This document shows, one piece after another, positions 37,327-50,643 of a DNA stretch of 64,000 bases. The stretch lies in assembly GCF_009914755.1 (NCBI RefSeq), contig NC_060943.1; one strand, 5' to 3'. Within the stretch, counting starts at the first letter, position 1; each line of letters begins with the position of its first letter. Made by a program: the position numbers and the translations under genes. Source of the stretch: the human T2T-CHM13v2.0 reference genome, Homo sapiens. The notes beneath the pieces were generated by a model that worked only from the letters and a program-made list of their open reading frames with translations, was not told the DNA's origin and made no database searches.

Positions 37327-40104
37327 TTTCTTCATATTATGCTAGACAGAAGAATTCTCAGTAACTTCCTTGTGTTGTGTGTATTCAACTCACAGAGTTG
37401 AACGATCCTTTACACAGAGCAGACTTGAAACACTCTTTTTGTGGAATTTGCAAGTGGAGATTTCAGCCGCTTTGAGTTCAATGGTAGAATAGGAAATATC
37501 TTCCTATAGAAACTAGACAGAATGATTCTCAGAAACTCCTTTGTGATGTGTGCGTTCAACTCACAGAGTTCAACCTTTCTTTTCATAGAGCAGTTGGGAA
37601 ACACTCTGTTTGTAAAGTCTGCAAGTGGATATTCAGACTTCTTTGAGGCCTTCGTTGGAAACGGGATTTCTTCATATTCTGCTAGACAGAAGAATTCTCA
37701 GTAACTGCCTTGTGTTGTGTGTATTCAACTCACAGAGTTGAACGATCCTTTACACAGAGCAGACTTGAAACACTCTTTTTGTGGAATTTGCAAGTGGAGA
37801 TTTCAGCCGCTTTGAGGTCAATGGTAGAATAGGAAATATCTTCCTATAGAAACTAGACAGAATGATTCTCAGAAACTCCTTTGTGATGTGTGCGTTCAAC
37901 TCACAGAGTTTACCCTTTCTTTTCATAGAGCAGTTAGGAAACACTCTGTTTGTAAAGTCTGCAAGTGGATATTCAGACATCCTTGAGGCTTTCGTTGGAA
38001 ACGGGATTTCTTCATATTCTGCTAGAAAGAAGAATTCTCAGTAACTTCCTTGTGTTGTGTGTATTCAACTCACAGAGTTGAACGATCCTTTACACAGAGC
38101 AGACTTGAAACACTCTTTTTGTGGAATTTGCAAGTGGAGATTTCAGCCGCTTTGAGGTCAATGGTAGAATAGGAAATATCTTCCTATAGAAACTAGACAG
38201 AATGATTCTCAGAAACTCCTTTGTGATGTGTGCGTTCAACTCACACAGTTTAACCTTTCTTTTCATAGAGCAGTTAGGAAACACTCTGTTTGTAAAGTCT
38301 GCAAGTGGATATTCAGACCTCCTTGAGGCCTTCGTTGGAAACGGGATTTCTTCATATTATGCTAGACAGAAGAATTCTCAGTAACTTCCTTGTGTTGTGT
38401 GTATTCAACTCACAGAGTTGAACGATCCTTTACACAGAGCAGACTTGAAACACTCTTTTTGTGGAATTTGCAAGTGGAGATTTCAGCCGCTTTGAGTTCA
38501 ATGGTAGAATAGGAAATATCTTCCTATAGAAACTAGACAGAATGATTCTCAGAAACTCCTTTGTGATGTGTGCGTTCAACTCACAGAGTTCAACCTTTCT
38601 TTTCATAGAGCAGTTGGGAAACACTCTGTTTGTAAAGTCTGCAAGTGGATATTCAGACTTCTTTGAGGCCTTCGTTGGAAGCGGGATTTCTTCATGTTCT
38701 GCTAGAAAGAAGAATTCTCAGTAACTTCCTTGTGTTGTGTGTATTCAACTCACAGAGTTGAACGATCCTATACACAGAGCAGACTTGAAACACTCTTTTT
38801 GTGGAATTTGCAAGTGGAGATTTCAGCCGCTTTGAGGTCAATGGTAGAATAGGAAATATCTTCCTATAGAAACTAGACAGAATGATTCTCAGAAACTCCT
38901 TTGTGATGTGTGCGTTCAACTCACAGAGTTTAACCTTTCTTTTCATAGCGCAGTTGGGAAACACACTGTTTGTAAAGTCTGCAAGTGGATATTCAGACAT
39001 CCTTGAGGCTTTCGTTGGAAACGGGATTTCTTCATATTCTGCTAGAAAGAAGAATTCTCAGTAACTTCCTTGTGTTGTGTGTATTCAACTCACAGAGTTG
39101 AACGATCCTTTACACAGAGCAGACTTGAAACACTCTTTTTGCGGAATTTGCAAGTGGAGATTTCAGCCGCTTTGAGGTCAATGGTAGAATAGGAAATATC
39201 TTCCTATAGAAACTAGACAGAATGATTCTCAGAAACTCCTTTGTGATGTGTGCGTTCAACTCACAGAGTTTAACCTTTCTTTTCATAGAGCAGTTGGGAA
39301 ACACTCTGTTTGTAAAGTCTGCAAGTGGATATTCAGACATCCTTGAGGCTTTCGTTGGAAACGGGATTTCTTCATATTCTGCTAGAAGGAAGAATTCTCA
39401 GTAACTTCCTTGTGTTGTGTGTATTCAACTCACAGAGTTGAACGATCCTTTACACAGAGCAGACTTGAAACACTCTTTTTGCGGAATTTGCAAGTGGAGA
39501 TTTCAGCCGCTTTGAGGTCAATGGTAGAATAGGAAATATCTTCCTATAGAAACTAGACAGAATGATTCTCAGAAACTCCTTTGTGATGTGTGCGTTCAAC
39601 TCACACAGTTTAACCTTTCTTTTCATAGAGCAGTTGGGAAACACTCTGTTTGTAAAGTCTGCAAGTGGATATTCAGACCTGCTTGAGGCCTTCGTTGGAA
39701 ACGGGATTTCTTCATATTATGCTAGACAGAAGAATTCTCAGTAACTTCCTTGTGTTGTGTGTATTCAACTCACAGAGTTGAACGATCCTTTACACAGAGC
39801 AGACTTGAAACACTCTTTTTGTGGAATTTGCAAGTGGAGATTTCAGCCGCTTTGAAGTCAATGCTGGAATAGGAAATATCTTCCTATAGAAACTAGACAG
39901 AATGATTCTCAGAAACTCCTTTGTGATGTGTGCGTTCAACTCACACAGTTTAACCTTTCTTTTCATAGAGCAGTTGGGAAACACTCTGTTTGTAAAGTCT
40001 GCAAGTGGATATTCAGACCTCCTTGAGGCCTTCGTTGGAAACGGGATTTCTTCATATTCTGCTAGAAAGAAGAATTCTCAGTAACTTCCTTGTGTTGTGT
40101 GTAT

Positions 40105-43100
40105 TCAACTCACAGAGTTGAACGATCCTTTACACAGAGCAGACTTGAAACACTCTTTTTGTGGAATTTGCAAGTGGAGATTTCAGCCGCTTTGAGGTCA
40201 ATGGTAGAATAGGAAATATCTTCCTATAGAAACTAGACAGAATGATTCTCAGAAACTCCTTTGTGATGTGTGCGTTCAACTCACAGAGTTTAACCTTTCT
40301 TTTCATAGAGCAGTTAGGAAACACTCTGTTTGTAAAGTCTGCAAGTGGATATTCAGACATCCTTGAGGCTTTCGTTGGAAACGGGATTTCTTCATATTCT
40401 GCTAGAAAGAAGAATTCTCAGTAACTTCCTTGTGTTGTGTGTATTCAACTCACAGAGTTGAACGATCCTTTACACAGAGCAGACTTGAAACACTCTTTTT
40501 GTGGAATTTGCAAGTGGAGATTTCAGCCGCTTTGAGGTCAATGGTAGAATAGGAAATATCTTCCTATAGAAACTAGACAGAATGATTCTCAGAAACTCCT
40601 TTGTGATGTGTGCGTTCAACTCACAGAGTTTAACCTTTCTTTTCATAGAGCAGTTGGGAAACACTCTGTTTGTAAAGTCTGCAAGTGGATATTCAGACAT
40701 CCTTGAGGCTTTCGTTGGAAACGGGATTTCTTCATATTCTGCTAGAAAGAAGAATTCTCAGTAACGTCCTTGTGTTGTGTGTATTCAACTCACAGAGTTG
40801 AACGATCCTTTACACAGAGCAGACTTGAAACACTCTTTTTGTGGAATTTGCAAGTGGAGATTTCAGCCGCTTTGAGTTCAATGGTAGAATAGGAAATATC
40901 TTCCTATAGAAACTAGACAGAATGATTCTCAGAAACTCCTTTGTGATGTGTGCGTTCAACTCACAGAGTTCAACCTTTCTTTTCATAGAGCAGTTGGGAA
41001 ACACTCTGTTTGTAAAGTCTGCAAGTGGATATTCAGACTTCTTTGAGGCCTTCGTTGGAAACGGGATTTCTTCATATTCTGCTAGACAGAAGAATTCTCA
41101 GTAACTGCCTTGTGTTGTGTGTATTCAACTCACAGAGTTGAACGATCCTTTACACAGAGCAGACTTGAAACACTCTTTTTGTGGAATTTGCAAGTGGAGA
41201 TTTCAGCCGCTTTGAGGTCAATGGTAGAATAGGAAATATCTTCCTATAGAAACTAGACAGAATGATTCTCAGAAACTCCTTTGTGATGTGTGCGTTCAAC
41301 TCACAGAGTTTACCCTTTCTTTTCATAGAGCAGTTAGGAAACACTCTGTTTGTAAAGTCTGCAAGTGGATATTCAGACATCCTTGAGGCTTTCGTTGGAA
41401 ACGGGATTTCTTCATATTCTGCTAGAAAGAAGAATTCTCAGTAACTTCCTTGTGTTGTGTGTATTCAACTCACAGAGTTGAACGATCCTTTACACAGAGC
41501 AGACTTGAAACACTCTTTTTGTGGAATTTGCAAGTGGAGATTTCAGCCGCTTTGAGGTCAATGGTAGAATAGGAAATATCTTCCTATAGAAACTAGACAG
41601 AATGATTCTCAGAAACTCCTTTGTGATGTGTGCGTTCAACTCACACAGTTTAACCTTTCTTTTCATAGAGCAGTTAGGAAACACTCTGTTTGTAAAGTCT
41701 GCAAGTGGATATTCAGACCTCCTTGAGGCCTTCGTTGGAAACGGGATTTCTTCATATTATGCTAGACAGAAGAATTCTCAGTAACTTCCTTGTGTTGTGT
41801 GTATTCAACTCACAGAGTTGAACGATCCTTTACACAGAGCAGACTTGAAACACTCTTTTTGTGGAATTTGCAAGTGGAGATTTCAGCCGCTTTGAGTTCA
41901 ATGGTAGAATAGGAAATATCTTCCTATAGAAACTAGACAGAATGATTCTCAGAAACTCCTTTGTGATGTGTGCGTTCAACTCACAGAGTTCAACCTTTCT
42001 TTTCATAGAGCAGTTGGGAAACACTCTGTTTGTAAAGTCTGCAAGTGGATATTCAGACTTCTTTGAGGCCTTCGTTGGAAGCGGGATTTCTTCATGTTCT
42101 GCTAGACAGAAGAATTCTCAGTAACTTCCTTGTGTTGTGTGTATTCAACTCAGAGAGTTGAACGATCCTTTACACAGAGCAGACTTGAAACACTCTTTTT
42201 GTGGAATTTGCAAGTGGAGATTTCAGCCGCTTTGAGGTCAATGGTAGAATAGGAAATATCTTCCTATAGAAACTAGACAGAATGATTCTCAGAAACTCCT
42301 TTGTGATGTGTGCGTTCAACTCACAGAGTTTAACCTTTCTTTTCATAGAGCAGTTAGGAAACACTCTGTTTGTAAAGTCTGCAAGTGGATATTCAGACAT
42401 CCTTGAGGCTTTCGTTGGAAACGGGATTTCTTCATATTCTGCTAGAAAGAAGAATTCTCAGTAACTTCCTTGTGTTGTGTGTATTCAACTCACAGAGTTG
42501 AACGATCCTTTACACAGAGCAGACTTGAAACACTCTTTTTGTGGAATTTGCAAGTGGAGATTTCAGCCGCTTTGAGGTCAATGGTAGAATAGGAAATATC
42601 TTCCTATAGAAACTAGACAGAATGATTCTCAGAAACTCCTTTGTGATGTGTGCGTTCAACTCACAGAGTTTAACCTTTCTTTTCATAGCGCAGTTGGGAA
42701 ACACTCTGTTTGTAAAGTCTGCAAGTGGATATTCAGACATCCTTGAGGCTTTCGTTGGAAACGGGATTTCTTCATATTCTGCTAGAAAGAAGAATTCTCA
42801 GTAACTTCCTTGTGTTGTGTGTATTCAACTCACAGAGTTGAACGATCCTTTACACAGAGCAGACTTGAAACACTCTTTTTGTGGAATTTGCAAGTGGAGA
42901 TTTCAGCCGCTTTGAGGTCAATGGTAGAATAGGAAATATCTTCCTATAGAAACTAGACAGAATGATTCTCAGAAACTCCTTTGTGATGTGTGCGTTCAAC
43001 TCACAGAGTTTAACCTTTCTTTTCATAGAGCAGTTAGGAAACACTCTGTTTGTAAAGTCTGCAAGTGGATATTCAGACATCCTTGAGGCTTTCGTTGGAA

Positions 43101-45544
43101 ACGGGATTTCTTCATATTCTGCTAGAAAGAAGAATTCTCAGTAACTTCCTTGTGTTGTGTGTATTCAACTCACAGAGTTGAACGATCCTTTACACAGAGC
43201 AGACTTGAAACACTCTTTTTGTGGAATTTGCAAGTGGAGATTTCAGCCGCTTTGAGGTCAATGGTAGAATAGGAAATATCTTCCTATAGAAACTAGACAG
43301 AATGATTCTCAGAAACTCCTTTGTGATGTGTGCGTTCAACTCACAGAGTTTAACCTTTCTTTTCATAGAGCAGTTGGGAAACACTCTGTTTGTAAAGTCT
43401 GCAAGTGGATATTCAGACATCCTTGAGGCTTTCGTTGGAAACGGGATTTCTTCATATTCTGCTAGAAAGAAGAATTCTCAGTAACGTCCTTGTGTTGTGT
43501 GTATTCAACTCACAGAGTTGAACGATCCTTTACACAGAGCAGACTTGAAACACTCTTTTTGTGGAATTTGCAAGTGGAGATTTCAGCCGCTTTGAGTTCA
43601 ATGGTAGAATAGGAAATATCTTCCTATAGAAACTAGACAGAATGATTCTCAGAAACTCCTTTGTGATGTGTGCGTTCAACTCACAGAGTTCAACCTTTCT
43701 TTTCATAGAGCAGTTGGGAAACACTCTGTTTGTAAAGTCTGCAAGTGGATATTCAGACTTCTTTGAGGCCTTCGTTGGAAGCGGGATTTCTTCATATTCT
43801 GCTAGACAGAAGAATTCTCAGTAACTGCCTTGTGTTGTGTGTATTCAACTCACAGAGTTGAACGATCCTTTACACAGAGCAGACTTGAAACACTCTTTTT
43901 GTGGAATTTGCAAGTGGAGATTTCAGCCGCTTTGAGGTCAATGGTAGAATAGGAAATATCTTCCTATAGAAACTAGACAGAATGATTCTCAGAAACTCCT
44001 TTGTGATGTGTGCGTTCAACTCACAGAGTTTACCCTTTCTTTTCATAGAGCAGTTAGGAAACACTCTGTTTGTAAAGTCTGCAAGTGGATATTCAGACAT
44101 CCTTGAGGCTTTCGTTGGAAACGGGATTTCTTCATATTCTGCTAGAAAGAAGAATTCTCAGTAACTTCCTTGTGTTGTGTGTATTCAACTCACAGAGTTG
44201 AACGATCCTTTACACAGAGCAGACTTGAAACACTCTTTTTGTGGAATTTGCAAGTGGAGATTTCAGCCGCTTTGAGGTCAATGGTAGAATAGGAAATATC
44301 TTCCTATAGAAACTAGACAGAATGATTCTCAGAAACTCCTTTGTGATGTGTGCGTTCAACTCACACAGTTTAACCTTTCTTTTCATAGAGCAGTTAGGAA
44401 ACACTCTGTTTGTAAAGTCTGCAAGTGGATATTCAGACCTCCTTGAGGCCTTCGTTGGAAACGGGATTTCTTCATATTATGCTAGACAGAAGAATTCTCA
44501 GTAACTTCCTTGTGTTGTGTGTATTCAACTCACAGAGTTGAACGATCCTTTACACAGAGCAGACTTGAAACACTCTTTTTGTGGAATTTGCAAGTGGAGA
44601 TTTCAGCCGCTTTGAGTTCAATGGTAGAATAGGAAATATCTTCCTATAGAAACTAGACAGAATGATTCTCAGAAACTCCTTTGTGATGTGTGCGTTCAAC
44701 TCACAGAGTTCAACCTTTCTTTTCATAGAGCAGTTGGGAAACACTCTGTTTGTAAAGTCTGCAAGTGGATATTCAGACTTCTTTGAGGCCTTCGTTGGAA
44801 GCGGGATTTCTTCATGTTCTGCTAGACAGAAGAATTCTCAGTAACTTCCTTGTGTTGTGTGTATTCCACTCAGAGAGTTGAACGATCCTTTACACAGAGC
44901 AGACTTGAAACACTCTTTTTGTGGAATTTGCAAGTGGAGATTTCAGCCGCTTTGAGGTCAATGGTAGAATAGGAAATATCTTCCTATAGAAACTAGACAG
45001 AATGATTCTCAGAAACTCCTTTGTGATGTGTGCGTTCAACTCACAGAGTTTAACCTTTCTTTTCATAGAGCAGTTAGGAAACACTCTGTTTGTAAAGTCT
45101 GCAAGTGGATATTCAGACATCCTTGAGGCTTTCGTTGGAAACGGGATTTCTTCATATTCTGCTAGAAAGAAGAATTCTCAGTAACTTCCTTGTGTTGTGT
45201 GTATTCAACTCACAGAGTTGAACGATCCTTTACACAGAGCAGACTTGAAACACTCTTTTTGTGGAATTTGCAAGTGGAGATTTCAGCCGCTTTGAGGTCA
45301 ATGGTAGAATAGGAAATATCTTCCTATAGAAACTAGACAGAATGATTCTCAGAAACTCCTTTGTGATGTGTGCGTTCAACTCACAGAGTTTAACCTTTCT
45401 TTTCATAGCGCAGTTGGGAAACACTCTGTTTGTAAAGTCTGCAAGTGGATATTCAGACATCCTTGAGGCTTTCGTTGGAAACGGGATTTCTTCATATTCT
45501 GCTAGAAAGAAGAATTCTCAGTAACTTCCTTGTGTTGTGTGTAT
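40105..45544 (+). repeat. Tandem duplication with 8-dimer (2720 bp) period
   Basis: taacGtcc at 40766/43486 and the same order of dimer variants in both copies. Confidence 0.78.
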
Positions 45545-47924
45545 TCAACTCACAGAGTTGAACGATCCTTTACACAGAGCAGACTTGAAACACTCTTTTT
45601 GTGGAATTTGCAAGTGGAGATTTCAGCCGCTTTGAGGTCAATGGTAGAATAGGAAATATCTTCCTATAGAAACTAGACAGAATGATTCTCAGAAACTCCT
45701 TTGTGATGTGTGCGTTCAACTCACAGAGTTTAACCTTTCTTTTCATAGAGCAGTTGGGAAACACTCTGTTTGTAAAGTCTGCAAGTGGATATTCAGACAT
45801 CCTTGAGACTTTCGTTGGAAACGGGATTTCTTCATATTCTGCTAGAAGGAAGAATTCTCAGTAACTTCCTTTTGTTGTGTGTATTCAACTCACAGAGTTG
45901 AACGATCCTTTACACAGAGCAGACTTGAAACACTCTTTTTGCGGAATTTGCAAGTGGAGATTTCAGCCGCTTTGAGGTCAATGGTAGAATAGGAAATATC
46001 TTCCTATAGAAACTAGACAGAATGATTCTCAGAAACTCCTTTGTGATGTGTGCGTTCAACTCACACAGTTTAACCTTTCTTTTCATAGAGCAGTTGGGAA
46101 ACACTCTGTTTGTAAAGTCTGCAAGTGGATATTCAGACCTCCTTGCGGCCTTCGTTGGAAACGGGATTTCTTCATATTATGCTAGACAGAAGAATTCTCA
46201 GTAACTTCCTTGTGTTGTGTGTATTCAACTCACGGAGTTGAACGATCCTTTACACAGAGCAGACTTGAAACACTCTTTTTGTGGAATTTGCAAGTGGAGA
46301 TTTCAGCCGCTTTGAAGTCAATGGTAGAATAGGAAATATCTTCCTATAGAAACTAGACAGAATGATTCTCAGAAACTCCTTTGTGATGTGTGCGTTCAAC
46401 TCACACAGTTTAACCTTTCTTTTCATAGAGCAGTTAGGAAACACTCTGTTTGTAAAGTCTGCAAGTGGATATTCAGACATCCTTGAGGCTTTCGTTGGAA
46501 ACGGGATTTCTTCATATTCTGCTAGAAAGAAGAATTCTCAGTAACTTCCTTGTGTTGTGTGTATTCAACTCACAGAGTTGAACGATCCTTTACACAGAGC
46601 AGACTTGAAACACTCTTTTTGTGGAATTTGCAAGTGGAGATTTCAGCCGCTTTGAGGTCAATGGTAGAATAGGAAATATCTTCCTATAGAAACTAGACAG
46701 AATGATTCTCAGAAACTCCTTTGTGATGTGTGCGTTCAACTCACAGAGTTTAACCTTTCTTTTCATAGCGCAGTTGGGAAACACTCTGTTTGTAAAGTCT
46801 GCAAGTGGATATTCAGACATCCTTGAGGCTTTCGTTGGAAACGGGATTTCTTCATATTCTGCTAGAAAGAAGAATTCTCAGTAACTTCCTTGTGTTGTGT
46901 GTATTCAACTCACAGAGTTGAGCGATCCTTTACACAGAGCAGACTTGAAACACTCTTTTTGTGGAATTTGCAAGTGGAGATTTCAGCCGCTTTGAGGTCA
47001 ATGGTAGAATAGGAAATATCTTCCTATAGAAACTAGACAGAATGATTCTCAGAAACTCCTTTGTGATGTGTGCGTTCAACTCACAGAGTTTAACCTTTCT
47101 TTTCATAGAGCAGTTGGGAAACACTCTGTTTGTAAAGTCTGCAAGTGGATATTCAGACATCCTTGAGACTTTCGTTGGAAACGGGATTTCTTCATATTCT
47201 GCTAGAAGGAAGAATTCACAGTAACTTCCTTGTGTTGTGTGTATTCAACTCACAGAGTTGAACGATCCTTTACACAGAGCAGACTTGAAACACTCTTTTT
47301 GCGGAATTTGCAAGTGGAGATTTCAGCCGCTTTGAGGTCAATGGTAGAATAGGAAATATCTTCCTATAGAAACTAGACAGAATGATTCTCAGAAACTCCT
47401 TTGTGATGTGTGCGTTCAACTCACACAGTTTAACCTTTCTTTTCATAGAGCAGTTGGGAAACACTCTGTTTGTAAAGTCTGCAAGTGGATATTCAGACCT
47501 CCTTGCGGCCTTCGTTGGAAACGGGATTTCTTCATATTATGCTAGACAGAAGAATTCTCAGTAACTTCCTTGTGTTGTGTGTATTCAACTCACGGAGTTG
47601 AACGATCCTTTACACAGAGCAGACTTGAAACACTCTTTTTGTGGAATTTGCAAGTGGAGATTTCAGCCGCTTTGAAGTCAATGGTAGAATAGGAAATATC
47701 TTCCTATAGAAACTAGACAGAATGATTCTCAGAAACTCCTTTGTGATGTGTGCGTTCAACTCACACAGTTTAACCTTTCTTTTCATAGAGCAGTTAGGAA
47801 ACACTCTGTTTGTAAAGTCTGCAAGTGGATATTCAGACCTCCTTGAGGCCTTCGTTGGAAACGGGATTTCTTCATATTCTGCTAGAAAGAAGAATTCTCA
47901 GTAACTTCCTTGTGTTGTGTGAAT
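45205..47924 (+). repeat. Tandem duplication with 4-dimer (1360 bp) period
   Basis: gagAct at 45808/47168, ttgCggcc at 46146/47506 and cacGgag at 46234/47594. Confidence 0.85.
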
Positions 47925-50643
47925 TCAACTCACAGAGTTGAACGATCCTTTACACAGAGCAGACTTGAAACACTCTTTTTGTGGAATTTGCAAGTGGAGA
48001 TTTCAGCCGCTTTGAGGTCAATGGTAGAATAGGAAATATCTTCCTATAGAAACTAGACAGAATGATTCTCAGAAACTCCTTTGTGATGTGTGCGTTCAAC
48101 TCACAGAGTTTAACCTTTCTTTTCATAGAGCAGTTAGGAAACACTCTGTTTGTAAAGTCTGCAAGTGGATATTCAGACATCCTTGAGGCTTTCGTTGGAA
48201 ACGGGATTTCTTCATATTCTGCTAGAAAGAAGAATTCTCAGTAACTTCCTTGTGTTGTGTGTATTCAACTCACAGAGTTGAACGATCCTTTACACAGAGC
48301 AGACTTGAAACACTCTTTTTGTGGAATTTGCAAGTGGAGATTTCAGCCGCTTTGAGGTCAATGGTAGAATAGGAAATATCTTCCTATAGAAACTAGACAG
48401 AATGATTCTCAGAAACTCCTTTGTGATGTGTGCGTTCAACTCACAGAGTTTACCCTTTCTTTTCATAGAGCAGTTGGGAAACACTCTGTTTGTAAAGTCT
48501 GCAAGTGGATATTCAGACATCCTTGAGGCTTTCGTTGGAAACGGGATTTCTTCATATTCTGCTAGAAAGAAGAATTCTCAGTAACTTCCTTGTGTTGTGT
48601 GTATTCAACTCACAGAGTTGAACGATCCTTTACACAGAGCAGACTTGAAACACTCTTTTTGTGGAATTTGCAAGTGGAGATTTCAGCCGCTTTGAGTTCA
48701 ATGGTAGAATAGGAAATATCTTCCTATAGAAACTAGACAGAATGATTCTCAGAAACTCCTTTGTGATGTGTGCGTTCAACTCACAGAGTTCAACCTTTCT
48801 TTTCATAGAGCAGTTGGGAAACACTCTGTTTGTAAAGTCTGCAAGTGGATATTCAGACTTCTTTGAGGCCTTCGTTGGAAGCGGGATTTCTTCATATTCT
48901 GCTAGACAGAAGAATTCTCAGTAACTGCCTTGTGTTGTGTGTATTCAACTCACAGAGTTGAACGATCCTTTACACAGAGCAGACTTGAAACACTCTTTTT
49001 GTGGAATTTGCAAGTGGAGATTTCAGCCGCTTTGAGGTCAATGGTAGAATAGGAAATATCTTCCTATAGAAACTAGACAGAATGATTCTCAGAAACTCCT
49101 TTGTGATGTGTGCGTTCAACTCACAGAGTTTACCCTTTCTTTTCATAGAGCAGTTAGGAAACACTCTGTTTGTAAAGTCTGCAAGTGGATATTCAGACAT
49201 CCTTGAGGCTTTCGTTGGAAACGGGATTTCTTCATATTCTGCTAGAAAGAAGAATTCTCAGTAACTTCCTTGTGTTGTGTGTATTCAACTCACAGAGTTG
49301 AACGATCCTTTACACAGAGCAGACTTGAAACACTCTTTTTGTGGAATTTGCAAGTGGAGATTTCAGCCGCTTTGAGGTCAATGGTAGAATAGGAAATATC
49401 TTCCTATAGAAACTAGACAGAATGATTCTCAGAAACTCCTTTGTGATGTGTGCGTTCAACTCACAGAGTTCAACCTTTCTTTTCATAGAGCAGTTGGGAA
49501 ACACTCTGTTTGTAAAGTCTGCAAGTGGATATTCAGACTTCTTTGAGGCCTTCGTTGGAAGCGGGATTTCTTCATGTTCTGCTAGACAGAAGAATTCTCA
49601 GTAACTGCCTTGTGTTGTGTGTATTCAACTCACAGAGTTGAACGATCCTTTACACAGAGCAGACTTGAAACACTCCTTTTGTGGAATTTGCAAGTTGAGA
49701 TTTCAGCCGCTTTGAGGTCAATGGTAGAATAGGAAATATCTTCCTATAGAAAGTAGACAGAATGATTCTCAGAAACTCCTTTGTGATGTGTGCGTTCAAC
49801 TCACAGAGTTTAACCTTTCTTTTCATAGAGCAGTTAGGAAACACTCTGTTTGTAAAGTCTGCAAGTGGATATTCAGACATCCTTGAGGCTTTCGTTGGAA
49901 ACGGGATTTCTTCATATTCTGCTAGAAAGAAGAATTCTCAGTAACTTCCTTGTGTTGTGTGTATTCAACTCACAGAGTTGAACGATCCTTTACACAGAGC
50001 AGACTTGAAACACTCTTTTTGTGGAATTTGCAAGTGGAGATTTCAGCCGCTTTGAGGTCAATGGTAGAATAGGAAATATCTTCCTATAGAAACTAGACAG
50101 AATGATTCTCAGAAACTCCTTTGTGATGTGTGCGTTCAACTCACAGAGTTTAACCTTTCTTTTCATAGAGCAGTTAGGAAACACTCTGTTTGTAAAGTCT
50201 GCAAGTGGATATTCAGACATCCTTGAGGCTTTCGTTGGAAACGGGATTTCTTCATATTCTGCTAGAAAGAAGAATTCTCAGTAACTTCCTTGTGTTGTGT
50301 GTATTCAACTCACAGAGTTGAACGATCCTTTACACAGAGCAGACTTGAAACACTCTTTTTGTGGAATTTGCAAGTGGAGATTTCAGCCGCTTTGAGGTCA
50401 ATGGTAGAATAGGAAATATCTTCCTATAGAAAGTAGACAGAATGATTCTCAGAAACTCCTTTGTGATGTGTGCGTTCAACTCACAGAGTTTAACCTTCTT
50501 TTCATAGAGCAGTTGGGAAACACTCTGTTTGTAAAGTCTGCAAGTGGATATTCAGACATCCTTGAGGCTTTCGTTGTAAACGGGATTTCTTCATATTCTG
50601 CTAGAAAGAAGAATTCTCAGTAACTTCCTTGTGTTGTGTGTAT

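Larger units (their letters stand above)
33985..40104 (+). repeat. Tandem duplication with 9-dimer (3060 bp) period
   Basis: acggCa at 34265/37325 and atgCtGgaa at 36804/39864, with identical variant order in both copies. Confidence 0.88.
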
